Origin: an uncultured Rhodobiaceae bacterium
Lineage (GTDB): Bacteria; Pseudomonadota; Alphaproteobacteria; Rhizobiales; TMED25
DNA length: 64,000 nt
Direction: 5' to 3'
NCBI GenBank assembly: GCA_913045225.1
Contig: CAJWPC010000001.1
Location: forward strand, 15,128 to 79,127
The notes under the pieces were generated by a model, which saw nothing but the letters and a program-made list of their open reading frames with translations, was not told the DNA's origin and made no database searches. Of the stretch, positions 43,139 to 54,356 are shown in pieces. A program made the translations under genes and the position numbers. Numbering within the stretch: the first letter of the stretch is position 1; each line of letters begins with the position of its first letter.

Positions 43139-44485
43139 ATGAATGCTAAAAAATATTTTGGTACAGATGGGATTAGAGGGCTTGCAAATCAACATCCCAT
43201 TACAGCTGAAGTTGCTCTGCAGGTTGGAATTGCTACTGGGTTATTCATATCAAAAGATAATACGGCTAAAAGAGTAATAATTGCCAAAGACACAAGGCTA
43301 TCAGGCTATATGCTGGAGTCTTCACTCACTTCTGGTTTAACGTCAGTTGGGTTAGATGTTTTTTTACTTGGACCAATGCCAACGCCTGCGGTGTCAATGC
43401 TCATCAAATCAATGAGAGCAGATCTGGGCATTATGATTTCAGCATCACACAACACATATGAATACAACGGTATTAAGATATTTGGTCCAGATGGGTATAA
43501 ACTTGACGATAGGGACGAATTAGAAATTGAGGGTATATTAGGAAATATCGATAGCTATGACCTCAGCTCGAGAATGGTTGGTAAGGCAAAAAGGATCGAC
43601 GACGCTCAAGCTCGTTATATTGAGTATGTCAAGGGCACTCTTGATAAAGATATTAGCTTTGATGGTATTAAGGTTGTCATTGATAGCGCTCATGGAGCGG
43701 CATACAAGGTAGCACCATTGGCTTTGTGGGAGCTTGGGGCAAATGTAATTTCAATTGGAGATAGCCCTAATGGGAAGAATATTAATCACGAATTTGGATC
43801 AACTTCACTTGGTAATTTAAAAAAAGCGGTCAGTAATCATAAAGCGGACATTGGGATTGCTCTTGATGGAGATGCAGATAGAATAATCGTGATTGATGAG
43901 ACGGGAAATATCGTTGATGGTGACGCACTCTTGGCTATTATTGCAACTGAGTGGAAAAAATCAGGTAAACTAAAAAAAAATGCTGTCGTTGCTACAATTT
44001 TATCAAACATAGGCTTGGAGTCCTACTTGTCAAAAGAAGAAATGAAACTATTTAGAACAAATGTTGGAGATAGGTATGTCTCCCAGTTTATGAGAGAAAA
44101 CGGGTATAATATTGGTGGTGAGCAGTCTGGACATATTATCATTGGGGACTACTCAACAACAGGGGATGGATTGTTGGCTGCCATACAGATATTATCCATT
44201 ATGAAAAAAAGTAATAAGAAGATTAGTGCGCTTGCCCGCCTTATCAAAATTGTTCCCCAAATTCAAAGAAATTACAAAATTAGCGACTATGAAAAGATTA
44301 ATACAAACGACATAGATGAAATTCATGAAATAGGACAAGAAAGAATTAAAGAAAAAGGCAGGATATTGGTTCGTCTGTCTGGAACAGAGCCACTCATCAG
44401 AGTCATGGGTGAGTCACAAGATAAAAAATATCTAAATGAGACATTGGATTATTTGATGGATTTAATCGAAAAGCGTTTTAATTAG
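43139..44485 (+). CDS. glmM: Phosphoglucosamine mutase
   Basis: YFGTDGIRG, ISASHN, DGDADR, GGEQSGH and RLSGTEP motifs. Confidence 0.97.
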   Translation: MNAKKYFGTDGIRGLANQHPITAEVALQVGIATGLFISKDNTAKRVIIAKDTRLSGYMLESSLTSGLTSVGLDVFLLGPMPTPAVSMLIKSMRADLGIMISASHNTYEYNGIKIFGPDGYKLDDRDELEIEGILGNIDSYDLSSRMVGKAKRIDDAQARYIEYVKGTLDKDISFDGIKVVIDSAHGAAYKVAPLALWELGANVISIGDSPNGKNINHEFGSTSLGNLKKAVSNHKADIGIALDGDADRIIVIDETGNIVDGDALLAIIATEWKKSGKLKKNAVVATILSNIGLESYLSKEEMKLFRTNVGDRYVSQFMRENGYNIGGEQSGHIIIGDYSTTGDGLLAAIQILSIMKKSNKKISALARLIKIVPQIQRNYKISDYEKINTNDIDEIHEIGQERIKEKGRILVRLSGTEPLIRVMGESQDKKYLNETLDYLMDLIEKRFN

Positions 44486-45374
44486 CAAGCTTGTTCGAGC
44501 CTATCCTCGTGAGAACAATGCCCGCAAGAATTACAAACATTCCAATAATCTGGTAAAGATGAATATCTTCTTTTAGCAAGAAGCTCCCGAGAATAACAAC
44601 ATAAACCGGTAAAACATAATGTGTAAGCGACACGAATGTTGGGCCTGCAACCTTTGTAAGATTAAACATAACCATGCTTGCCATTGCGGTTGAGAAAACC
44701 CCCATCAATAATACTGATATGAATGAAATATCAAAAATTTCAATCACTGGGGGACCTTCCAACAACATTGCAGTAATAAACGCGAAACTTGATGCAAACA
44801 AGAAGCTGCCCGATGTTTTTTGCATCAATGTAATATTTGGCATGACATTTACAGCTATGTTTTGGATTGAATAACCAATTGCTGCAAGTAATATAGCAAT
44901 CTGCGATAGCATCTTAAAGTCATTAGATATTATTAAAGTATTCGGTTTTTCAAATAGTAGAATATACAAGCCCGCAAAGCCAATAATTACGCCAAAGAGC
45001 TTCAGTCTATTTAATTTCTCATTCGGAACAAGAAAATGAGCAGCGAGAACTGTAAACAAGGGACCGATTCCAAATAGAATACCTCCAATATTCGTATCTA
45101 AATATTGAGTACCCCAGCAGATAAGAAAGAAAGGGAAAAACGCTGTCATACCTATCAAAGCAAGCCAGGCCCAATTGACAATACCAGTTGGCAAAGTCTC
45201 GCCTCTTAATTTTAAAATAGAATATATTATCACGAACCCTATAGAGAGTCTGAGTGAGACAATCCATAAAGGGCTGAAATCATCTAGAGCATACTTTGTT
45301 AATGCAAATGTAGAGCCCCAAAATATAACTAAAAGGGATAAATAAAACCAGTTTATAAGAGATGAATTTTTCAT
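44478..45374 (-). CDS. DMT/EamA family transporter
   Basis: About 10 TMs in two EamA repeats. Convergent with glmM, 8-nt overlap. Confidence 0.9.
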   Translation of the reverse strand: MKNSSLINWFYLSLLVIFWGSTFALTKYALDDFSPLWIVSLRLSIGFVIIYSILKLRGETLPTGIVNWAWLALIGMTAFFPFFLICWGTQYLDTNIGGILFGIGPLFTVLAAHFLVPNEKLNRLKLFGVIIGFAGLYILLFEKPNTLIISNDFKMLSQIAILLAAIGYSIQNIAVNVMPNITLMQKTSGSFLFASSFAFITAMLLEGPPVIEIFDISFISVLLMGVFSTAMASMVMFNLTKVAGPTFVSLTHYVLPVYVVILGSFLLKEDIHLYQIIGMFVILAGIVLTRIGSNKLAN

Positions 45375-45486
45375 AAGATAAAAAAAATAGTAAGACTGAA
45401 CTTACTGATTATGCCTAAATTTATTACATGTCAAATTAATTAACTTTATAATTGATAAATGTAGAGTTTTGCAGTATTAAAGAAAT

Positions 45487-45534
45487 GGGACAGCTCTCCC
45501 CAACGAGAGTCAACTATCTGGAAGGGTAGAAAAA
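45487..45534 (+). promoter_or_regulatory. Candidate serC leader RNA (cis-regulatory element)
   Basis: Two hairpins just before the serC ATG: CTCTC/GAGAG (45494-45509) and CTATCT-GGAA-GGGTAG (45514-45529), the second covering the RBS. Confidence 0.6.
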
Positions 45535-46689
45535 ATGACAAAGAAACCAACAAATAAAACAAATAGACCACTATTTTCATCTGGTCCATGTGCAAAATTT
45601 CCAAATTGGCAAATCAATAAAATAGAAACATCTATTTTAGGTAGATCTCATAGGGCTAAAAAACCAAAAGATTTTATTAACTACTCAGTTGAGCTAACCT
45701 CGGAGTTACTTGAGATACCAAAAGACTACAAAGTCGCAATTGTACCCGCATCTGATACTGGGGCATTTGAGATGGCAATGTGGAACTTTTTGGGACATAT
45801 ACCAGTTGATGTTTTTGCTTGGGAATCTTTCGGTAAGGGATGGGTAACCGACATTATCAAACAGTTAGGCCTTGAAGATGCGAATGTGATAGAAGCAGAT
45901 TACGGAATATTACCAGATTTGCAGTCAGCAAATTCTGACAGTGATATTGTTTTTACTTTAAACGGAACAACCTCAGGAGTTAGAGTCCCTAACCTGAATT
46001 GGATAAAAGATAGCAGGAAAGGCATAACATTATGTGATGCTACATCTGGTCTATTTGCCCAAAAGGTTGATTGGAGCAAGTTGGACGTAACAACATTTTC
46101 TTGGCAGAAGGTTCTTGGAGGAGAAGCGCAGCATGGCATGATAATTCTCTCACCAAAAGCAATTGATAGATTAAATGAATATAATCCCAGTTGGCCATTA
46201 CCAAAAATATTTAGAATAAAAAAATCTGGTACGATTGACCAGAGTATCTTTTCTGGATCAACTATAAACACGCCATCACTTCTATGTGTTGCTGATTATG
46301 TTGCTGCCCTTGAGTGGGCACGTGAAGTCGGCGGATTAAATAAGTTAATTGAAATCGCTGACAATAATCTTCAAATTATAAAAAATTGGGTCGCTGAAAC
46401 AGATTGGATTAAATTTTTAGCAAAAGAAGAGTCAACCATATCAAACACATCTGTTTGCCTTGAGTTTTCATCGAAAAGCCCAAATGGTGATAAAATCGAT
46501 ACTTCAAAATTATCAAAGATAATCCAAAATATGCTTGAAGAGGAGGGGGTCGCTTTTGATATTGGGGCTTACAGGGATGCGCCGCCGGGGTTAAGAATAT
46601 GGACGGGAGCAACAATTGAACCATCAGATATTTCAATATTACTAGAATGGATTAATTGGGCGTATTTTGTAGCAATAGAAAAGGTCTAA
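45535..46689 (+). CDS. serC: Phosphoserine aminotransferase (alphaproteobacterial type)
   Basis: FSSGPCAK, VPASDTGAFE, NGTTSGV, FSWQK (PLP Lys) and GAYRDAPPGLRIW motifs. Confidence 0.97.
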   Translation: MTKKPTNKTNRPLFSSGPCAKFPNWQINKIETSILGRSHRAKKPKDFINYSVELTSELLEIPKDYKVAIVPASDTGAFEMAMWNFLGHIPVDVFAWESFGKGWVTDIIKQLGLEDANVIEADYGILPDLQSANSDSDIVFTLNGTTSGVRVPNLNWIKDSRKGITLCDATSGLFAQKVDWSKLDVTTFSWQKVLGGEAQHGMIILSPKAIDRLNEYNPSWPLPKIFRIKKSGTIDQSIFSGSTINTPSLLCVADYVAALEWAREVGGLNKLIEIADNNLQIIKNWVAETDWIKFLAKEESTISNTSVCLEFSSKSPNGDKIDTSKLSKIIQNMLEEEGVAFDIGAYRDAPPGLRIWTGATIEPSDISILLEWINWAYFVAIEKV

Positions 46690-46711
46690 AATAAAAAGGG
46701 AAAACATAAAA

Positions 46712-48295
46712 ATGCCTAAAGTACTTGTATCAGATAAGCTCAGCGAAGAGTCTGTGAAAATATTCAAAGATAAGAATATTGACGTGGATTATTTACCTGA
46801 TATCGGAAAAGACAAAGAAAAATTAGCAGAAATCATCAAAAGCTATGACGGCTTAGCAATTAGATCAGCAACAAAAGTAACGGATAAAATTCTAAGTAAT
46901 GCAAAAAACTTGAAAGTAATTGGCAGAGCCGGAATTGGCGTAGATAATGTTGATATTGAAACTGCAACCACTAATGGTGTTATTGTTATGAATACGCCAT
47001 TTGGTAACTCAGTAACAACTGCAGAGCACGCAATTACCCTGATGATGTCACTCGCAAGACAAATACCGCAAGCCGATATATCAACGAAGAATAGCCTCTG
47101 GGAAAAATCAAAATTTATGGGAGTTGAGATTACTGGAAAAACTCTTGGGGTGATTGGCTGTGGAAATATAGGTACTATAGTAATTGACCGCGCCAAGGGC
47201 TTAAAAATGAAAGTTATTGGCTATGATCCTTATTTGACAGAAGAGCGGGCTGACTCAATGGTAATTGAAAAAGTCGAATTAAAGGAGTTATTTGCAAGGT
47301 CTGACTTTATAACAATTCATACACCACTTACAGAGCAAACAAAAAATATCATTAATGCCGATAGTATAAAACAAATGAAATCATCAGTACGCATAATAAA
47401 TTGTGCTCGTGGTGGTCTTGTGGATGAAGAGGCACTCCTTGAAGCTTTGAAAAATGGCAAGATAGCCGGTGCTGCTATCGATGTGTATCAGGAGGAGCCA
47501 GCAAAGCATAACCTACTATTTGAAAATGAAAAAATAATATGCACACCCCACCTCGGAGCATCTACCGCTGAAGCGCAAGAGAAGGTAGCTGTGCAGATTG
47601 CAGAGCAGATGAGTGACTTTCTTCTGACAGGTGCAATCACAAATGCCATAAATTTCCCATCTGTCTCGGCTGAAGAAGCAACCTCAATGGAACCATATTT
47701 GATTTTGGCAAAAAATCTCGGATCTTTTGCGGGGCAAATAACAGAAAGTGCGCTAAAGAGTGCAAAGATTGAGTACGTTGGCAGTATAGCAGACATGAAC
47801 GTTGAGTCTCTTACATCAACAATTATTTCAGGTTTATTAAAGCCTTTATTAGAAGATATAAATATGGTGAATTCTCTATCAATCGCCAAGCAAAGAGGTA
47901 TCAAGATCGAACAAATAAAAAAAGAGAGCAGTGGTATTTATGGCTCATACATAAGGCTTATCATAGAATCTGAAAGACAAGAGAGATCTGTAGCGGGCGC
48001 TGTTTTTTCCGATGGTTCGGCAAGAATCATTCAGATAAAAGGCATAGATATGGAAGCTAAATTCGCAAAACACATGATATATATAACAAATAACGATACA
48101 CCAGGTTTAGTGGGAAAAATTGGACACTGCCTCGGATCACAAGGTGTGAATATAGCAAATTTTAATTTAGGGCGAGATAAAATTGGTGGTAACGTTATTG
48201 AGTTGATTGAAGTTGACTCAGCGGTAGATGACTTAGTGCTAGAAAAATTGACTCAAATAGAAGACATTGTGCAGGTTAAAAAATTAAACTTTTAA
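46712..48295 (+). CDS. serA: D-3-phosphoglycerate dehydrogenase with C-terminal ACT domain
   Basis: GRAGIGVDN, GCGNIG, NCARGG, TPHLGAST and N.DTPG.VG motifs. Confidence 0.97.
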   Translation: MPKVLVSDKLSEESVKIFKDKNIDVDYLPDIGKDKEKLAEIIKSYDGLAIRSATKVTDKILSNAKNLKVIGRAGIGVDNVDIETATTNGVIVMNTPFGNSVTTAEHAITLMMSLARQIPQADISTKNSLWEKSKFMGVEITGKTLGVIGCGNIGTIVIDRAKGLKMKVIGYDPYLTEERADSMVIEKVELKELFARSDFITIHTPLTEQTKNIINADSIKQMKSSVRIINCARGGLVDEEALLEALKNGKIAGAAIDVYQEEPAKHNLLFENEKIICTPHLGASTAEAQEKVAVQIAEQMSDFLLTGAITNAINFPSVSAEEATSMEPYLILAKNLGSFAGQITESALKSAKIEYVGSIADMNVESLTSTIISGLLKPLLEDINMVNSLSIAKQRGIKIEQIKKESSGIYGSYIRLIIESERQERSVAGAVFSDGSARIIQIKGIDMEAKFAKHMIYITNNDTPGLVGKIGHCLGSQGVNIANFNLGRDKIGGNVIELIEVDSAVDDLVLEKLTQIEDIVQVKKLNF

Positions 48296-49594
<1,299 letters not shown>

Positions 49595-49627
49595 ACTGTA
49601 AAAATTGAAATTAATGGTATAAATAAT

Positions 49628-50128
49628 ATGGAAGATTTAACAGAAAAAAGGAACTATAGCTATATAGCAAAATTTTTTCACTGGGGATTTGTCATTTTGT
49701 TTATATACGGACTTATTAAACAGGTTCAGGATATCGAACAGCTAGAAAATCCTTCCCTGCTAAGGTTTGAAGTTCTCTTTGCATTCGTTTTCGTCATATT
49801 ACTTCTGGTTAGATTTATTTATATGAAAAGAACCCAAAAGACTTCACTGCCTGAACACACTCCTAAATTGCAAAAAATTGCAGCGAAAACAGTACACTAT
49901 GGGATGTATTTTACACTGGCAGCTATTCCCTTGTCTGGTATGCTAATTGGTTTGTTATTCTGGATTGGTCTTCAAGATGGGCTCATAATTGAGTCAGTTG
50001 TAACTCTCCATGAAATATCGATAGATTTGATCTATATTTTAATCGGCATTCATATTTCTGCAGCATTATTTCATAGAATTAAACGAGACGGAGTTTGGTC
50101 GTCAATGGTACCATTCTTGAAAGAGTAG
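49628..50128 (+). CDS. Cytochrome b561-like di-heme membrane protein
   Basis: Four TMs with His at FFHW, VHY, LHE and IHISAALFH. Confidence 0.8.
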   Translation: MEDLTEKRNYSYIAKFFHWGFVILFIYGLIKQVQDIEQLENPSLLRFEVLFAFVFVILLLVRFIYMKRTQKTSLPEHTPKLQKIAAKTVHYGMYFTLAAIPLSGMLIGLLFWIGLQDGLIIESVVTLHEISIDLIYILIGIHISAALFHRIKRDGVWSSMVPFLKE

Positions 50129-50134
50129 ATAATT

Positions 50135-51337
50135 ATGATTGAATTTTTTAGGAAGAATCACAATTATTTACAGGCAGGCTTTTTTCTCACATTCGCAGCA
50201 AGCATAGGGCAGACATTTTATTTTGCGTTATATGCAGGAAATATTAGAGAAGAACTTACATTATCTCATGGTTTATATGGTGGATTGTATACTATCGCAA
50301 CCTTGATGAGTGCTTTTACGATGCTCTACACGGGTAAAATGGTAGATTATATAAAGGTACGATACTTATCTTTTACGGTACTTATCTTTTTAGGCCTTTC
50401 ATCAATTGCATTCTCATTAGTTAATTCTGCTATTTTTTTGTTGATAGTATTTTATCTTCTTAGGATAACGGGGCAGGGAATGTCAACGCACACATCATCA
50501 ACTTTTATTGCAAAGACGTTTACAACTATGAGAGGCAAGGCTGTTGCCGTGACGGTACTAGGGAGGGCTTTTGGGGAGATGGTAATGCCGATAACAGCAT
50601 TGTTACTAATTGCTTTTTACGGTTGGAGGCAAGCGTGGATTATTACCGGGATTTTTATATTATTTATTCTTGCCCCATACGTTTTCTATCTTTTAAAAGA
50701 CAGAGAAGTCTACGAGCCCGACATTGAAAATACATCTGATAAAAATAAAAACTCGAGCGTTCAATATCGTAGGAAGGATGTGCTAAAGAGTGGCTATTTT
50801 TATTTAATTTTGGCTGCTGTATTAGCGCCTCCATTCGTGTTAACTGGTATATTTTTTCATTCTTATCATCTGATGAACGTAAAGGATTGGTCAATCGAAA
50901 TATATGCCTTCACAATGCCGGTATTTTCAATACTACTAATGATTTTCGTACTAATATCTGGCTGGGCTGTTGATAAATGGAGCGCCAAAGACCTAACAAA
51001 ATTTTTCCTATTACCACTTGTTATAGGCTGCATAATTCTAGCATATGGAAAAAGTGAGGCTACAATGGTAACATTCATGATGTTTGCAGGTATTACCTCT
51101 GGTTTTGCAACATCTATTGCAGGCTCCCTTTGGGCCGAACTTTATGGAACAAAATATTTAGGCGAGATAAAGTCTGTTGTTACCTCTGGTGTTATCGCAT
51201 CCACAGCATTATCGCCTGGATTAATGGGTTATCTTATTGATCGAGATATCAGCATTGAAAGCCAAGTAATTGTGGTTGCAATATATATGACAATATTGAC
51301 AGGTCTTATGACTTTTAGGGGCTCGGAATCAGTTTAA
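50135..51337 (+). CDS. MFS transporter
   Basis: About 12 TMs; GQTFY, G..VD.+ and GW.VDKW MFS loop motifs. Confidence 0.88.
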   Translation: MIEFFRKNHNYLQAGFFLTFAASIGQTFYFALYAGNIREELTLSHGLYGGLYTIATLMSAFTMLYTGKMVDYIKVRYLSFTVLIFLGLSSIAFSLVNSAIFLLIVFYLLRITGQGMSTHTSSTFIAKTFTTMRGKAVAVTVLGRAFGEMVMPITALLLIAFYGWRQAWIITGIFILFILAPYVFYLLKDREVYEPDIENTSDKNKNSSVQYRRKDVLKSGYFYLILAAVLAPPFVLTGIFFHSYHLMNVKDWSIEIYAFTMPVFSILLMIFVLISGWAVDKWSAKDLTKFFLLPLVIGCIILAYGKSEATMVTFMMFAGITSGFATSIAGSLWAELYGTKYLGEIKSVVTSGVIASTALSPGLMGYLIDRDISIESQVIVVAIYMTILTGLMTFRGSESV

Positions 51338-52188
51338 TTGGCTCGGCTTATGAAACTTTTGACTTTGTCAAAAGCCTTACTTTCGATCTGACGTACTCTT
51401 TCCCGGCTGATTCCAAATCTTTGGCTGAGTTCTTCTAATGTTTTAGAATCTTCATCCATTCTTCTGGAAATGAAAATTGATTTCTCTCTTTCGTTCAGAC
51501 AGCTTAGTGAGTCATATAATTGTTTTCTTCTTTTATCCATCTCATCACTGACTACAAGAGAAGTTTCTTGGTTTTGACTTTCATCAACGAGAAAATCTTG
51601 CCACTGCCCGTCACCTTCGTCTGATATTTGCGTATTCAAAGATGAGTCACCGCCTAACCTTCTATTCATGTCGACAACATCGGTTTCTGTCACGCCAAGG
51701 TTCTCCGCAATATGTGCGATTTGTTCTGGTTTTAAATCACCTTCTTCCAAGGCTTGGATGTTATTTTTGATTTTTCTTAAATTGAAGAATAGTTTCTTTT
51801 GGTTCGCGGTTGTACCCATTTTAACAAGACTCCATGAACGCAGCACATATTCTTGAATTGCCGCTTTGATCCACCATATAGCATATGTTGCAAGCCTGAA
51901 CCCTCTATCAGGATCAAATCTTTTTACTGCCTGCATCAAACCGATATTTCCCTCAGCAATAATATCGCTCAATGGTAAGCCGTAACCTTTATAACCCATT
52001 GAGATTTTAGCAACTAGTCTTAAATGACTAGTCACTAGCCTGTGTGCTGCGTCAGTATCGCCATCAGCATTGAGGCTCTTGGATAGGCTTTTCTCTTCCT
52101 CAAGTGTAAGTAAAGGAAATTTTTTTATCTCTTTTAAGTACAGTCCCAGACTGTCTTCACTAGCAATAATTGGTATTGAACCATACAT
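51334..52188 (-). CDS. rpoH: RNA polymerase sigma-32 factor
   Basis: RFATY-like RLATYAIWWIKA, RpoH box QKKLFFNLR and SRERVRQIE. Confidence 0.96.
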   Translation of the reverse strand: MYGSIPIIASEDSLGLYLKEIKKFPLLTLEEEKSLSKSLNADGDTDAAHRLVTSHLRLVAKISMGYKGYGLPLSDIIAEGNIGLMQAVKRFDPDRGFRLATYAIWWIKAAIQEYVLRSWSLVKMGTTANQKKLFFNLRKIKNNIQALEEGDLKPEQIAHIAENLGVTETDVVDMNRRLGGDSSLNTQISDEGDGQWQDFLVDESQNQETSLVVSDEMDKRRKQLYDSLSCLNEREKSIFISRRMDEDSKTLEELSQRFGISRERVRQIESKAFDKVKSFISRAN

Positions 52189-52247
52189 TTAATATGTATC
52201 CTTGTTATTAATCAAAATTTAAGTGAACACAATAAAATACAACTAAT

Positions 52248-53249
52248 TTATATTTCTGACAATACATTTTTTAACATATTTAAATCATCAGGTAACTTAG
52301 ACTCAAACTTCATAAGCTCATTACTTATGGGGTGTCTAAAGGATAACTTTGATGAGTGTAATGCGTGTCGGTCAATTTTAAGTTGTATCCGATAATCATT
52401 ACTGAGTATTTTCAACTTGGTATTGTATCCTTTACCATATTTTTGATCACAAATAACTGGGTGCCCGATATGATCCAAATGCACTCGTATTTGATGTGTT
52501 CTACCCGTATATAATTTACAACGTATCTGTGAGATTAAAGGATCATTTTTGTGATTATATACTTTCTCTACCACCTTATAGGTAGTTATTGCTAGCTTCC
52601 CATTTTTAGTATTTTTAGTTACCATCATTTTTGTTTTATCACGGTCATTTCTTGTGATTTTAGTTTCGATTTTACCTGAGCTCATTTTTGGAATACCCCA
52701 AACTAAGGCATCGTAAATTCTCTCAAGGTCACCATTTTTTCCGTGATCCATAAATTGTCTTGATAGATTATTATGCGCCAAATCATTTTTTGCTATAATC
52801 ATGAGCCCACTTGTATTTTTATCTAATCGATGAACAATGCCTGGTCTTTTTTGTCCACCAATACCAGATAGGGAACTACCACAATGATGCAATATGGCAT
52901 TGACAAGTGTTCCAGTTTTGATGCCAGCGCCAGGATGGACAACAAGATCTGATTGCTTGTCAATCACTAATATATGGTCGTCTTCATATACTACATTTAA
53001 TGGGATATTTTCCGGTTCAAGAGTCTCTTCAATAGGTTCCGGAAGCGTAATTTTAATTTTTTCGTTATCTCCAGTAAGTTTAATTTTCTTTAAGACTACA
53101 ACTTCATCATTTAAAAAAATATACCCATTTGTAATTAGATTTGAAATTCTTTGTCGACTTAATTCTGAATTTTGGCTGATGAATTGATCTATTCTTTTGC
53201 CGCCATCAGTTTTATTTGTTATAAGATTAATTAATTTATTATTTACCAT
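52248..53249 (-). CDS. RluA family pseudouridine synthase (RluD-like, with S4 domain)
   Basis: RIDQF, VVHPGAG, GIVHRLDK.TSG and TGRTHQIRVH motifs. ATG 53249 preferred; the longer 53303 start would overlap the divergent gene. Confidence 0.93.
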   Translation of the reverse strand: MVNNKLINLITNKTDGGKRIDQFISQNSELSRQRISNLITNGYIFLNDEVVVLKKIKLTGDNEKIKITLPEPIEETLEPENIPLNVVYEDDHILVIDKQSDLVVHPGAGIKTGTLVNAILHHCGSSLSGIGGQKRPGIVHRLDKNTSGLMIIAKNDLAHNNLSRQFMDHGKNGDLERIYDALVWGIPKMSSGKIETKITRNDRDKTKMMVTKNTKNGKLAITTYKVVEKVYNHKNDPLISQIRCKLYTGRTHQIRVHLDHIGHPVICDQKYGKGYNTKLKILSNDYRIQLKIDRHALHSSKLSFRHPISNELMKFESKLPDDLNMLKNVLSEI

Positions 53250-53260
53250 CAACTTTAGCC

Positions 53261-53590
53261 ATGGAAGAGATCGAAAATACTGATCAGAACATAAAATCCA
53301 CAAGGGTTCTCAAGATTGCCATATTCATTATGACATTGTTACTCATTATTGGTTTTTGTGTTGTTTTTATCACAATTGGGCATCGCTTATCAAATAACAC
53401 ATTAAATAATGAAGAATTTCACCCATTAGATAATAAGATTGCTATTGAACCAAGTCAAGATGTCATATCTGTTACAAGCGACGGTAAAAGTTTAATAATT
53501 ACAACGACTGATATATCCGGGAGTTATATTATTTATAATATTGACAAAAAAACAAATAAAATTATCTCAACGATAAGATTTGAAAAATAA
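53261..53590 (+). CDS. Single-TM hypothetical protein (DUF6476-like)
   Basis: One N-terminal TM (LKIAIFIMTLLLIIGFCVVFITI) and a small beta-rich tail. Divergent from rluA. Family label is from recalled synteny. Confidence 0.6.
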   Translation: MEEIENTDQNIKSTRVLKIAIFIMTLLLIIGFCVVFITIGHRLSNNTLNNEEFHPLDNKIAIEPSQDVISVTSDGKSLIITTTDISGSYIIYNIDKKTNKIISTIRFEK

Positions 53591-53591
53591 T

Positions 53592-54341
53592 CTAGATTAA
53601 ACCTAGACCTCTTATAACTAGTAGTAGCGAAGAAATAGAGCATATTGATAAAATATATGGCTTCAATATTGTGCTAGCATAAGCCAATAAATATTTAGAT
53701 GTGTAAGATGCAAAAAAGAGGGGTGGCAGCATCAAAAAACCATAAATGATATGATATTCTTTTATCACACCAACCGAGATCAGTATTATAAAAGAAATCA
53801 AACTTCCTATTGTGAAAAATAAATTATTATTTGCCCTAACAATAGATGGATTTTCGTTTTGGTATATTATTCCCATTGGTGCGCCCCCAACGCCGACTAT
53901 TGTACCAAGAATTCCGGAAGCTGTTCCCGCGAAGAAATGATTACGCGAGTTTTGAGAAATTCTTTTTACTGTTGTAGCACTGACTAGAATTGATACCAGT
54001 AATACTAATCCAATAATTATCTCAATTTTTCCTGATGCGACAACATATGCCGCTATCCATCCAGCTAAAATAGAGCCAAATACACGGCCGCTAATTGACG
54101 GCCTAAATGTTTTCCAATGAATATCTTTAAAATATCTGATGCTTGGAAAGAGTGCGGCAAAAAAACCGAGGAAAACAATAGTAGAAGGAATTAGATATGG
54201 ATCAAGTAAAGCCAGAAAAGGGGCCGCTATCATCCCCCATCCCATTCCAAAAAGACTTTGTGCGCTTGACGCAACATATACAATCATAAAGGCTATTAGA
54301 ACCTCCGAAAAGGTTATTTGTGAGAGAAACGCATCTACCAT
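53592..54341 (-). CDS. Sulfite exporter TauE/SafE family membrane protein
   Basis: Q.LFGMGWG..AAP and G.+GVGG.P repeat motifs; about 8 TMs. Confidence 0.82.
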   Translation of the reverse strand: MVDAFLSQITFSEVLIAFMIVYVASSAQSLFGMGWGMIAAPFLALLDPYLIPSTIVFLGFFAALFPSIRYFKDIHWKTFRPSISGRVFGSILAGWIAAYVVASGKIEIIIGLVLLVSILVSATTVKRISQNSRNHFFAGTASGILGTIVGVGGAPMGIIYQNENPSIVRANNNLFFTIGSLISFIILISVGVIKEYHIIYGFLMLPPLFFASYTSKYLLAYASTILKPYILSICSISSLLLVIRGLGLI

Positions 54342-54356
54342 TTATTTAGAATGTGT

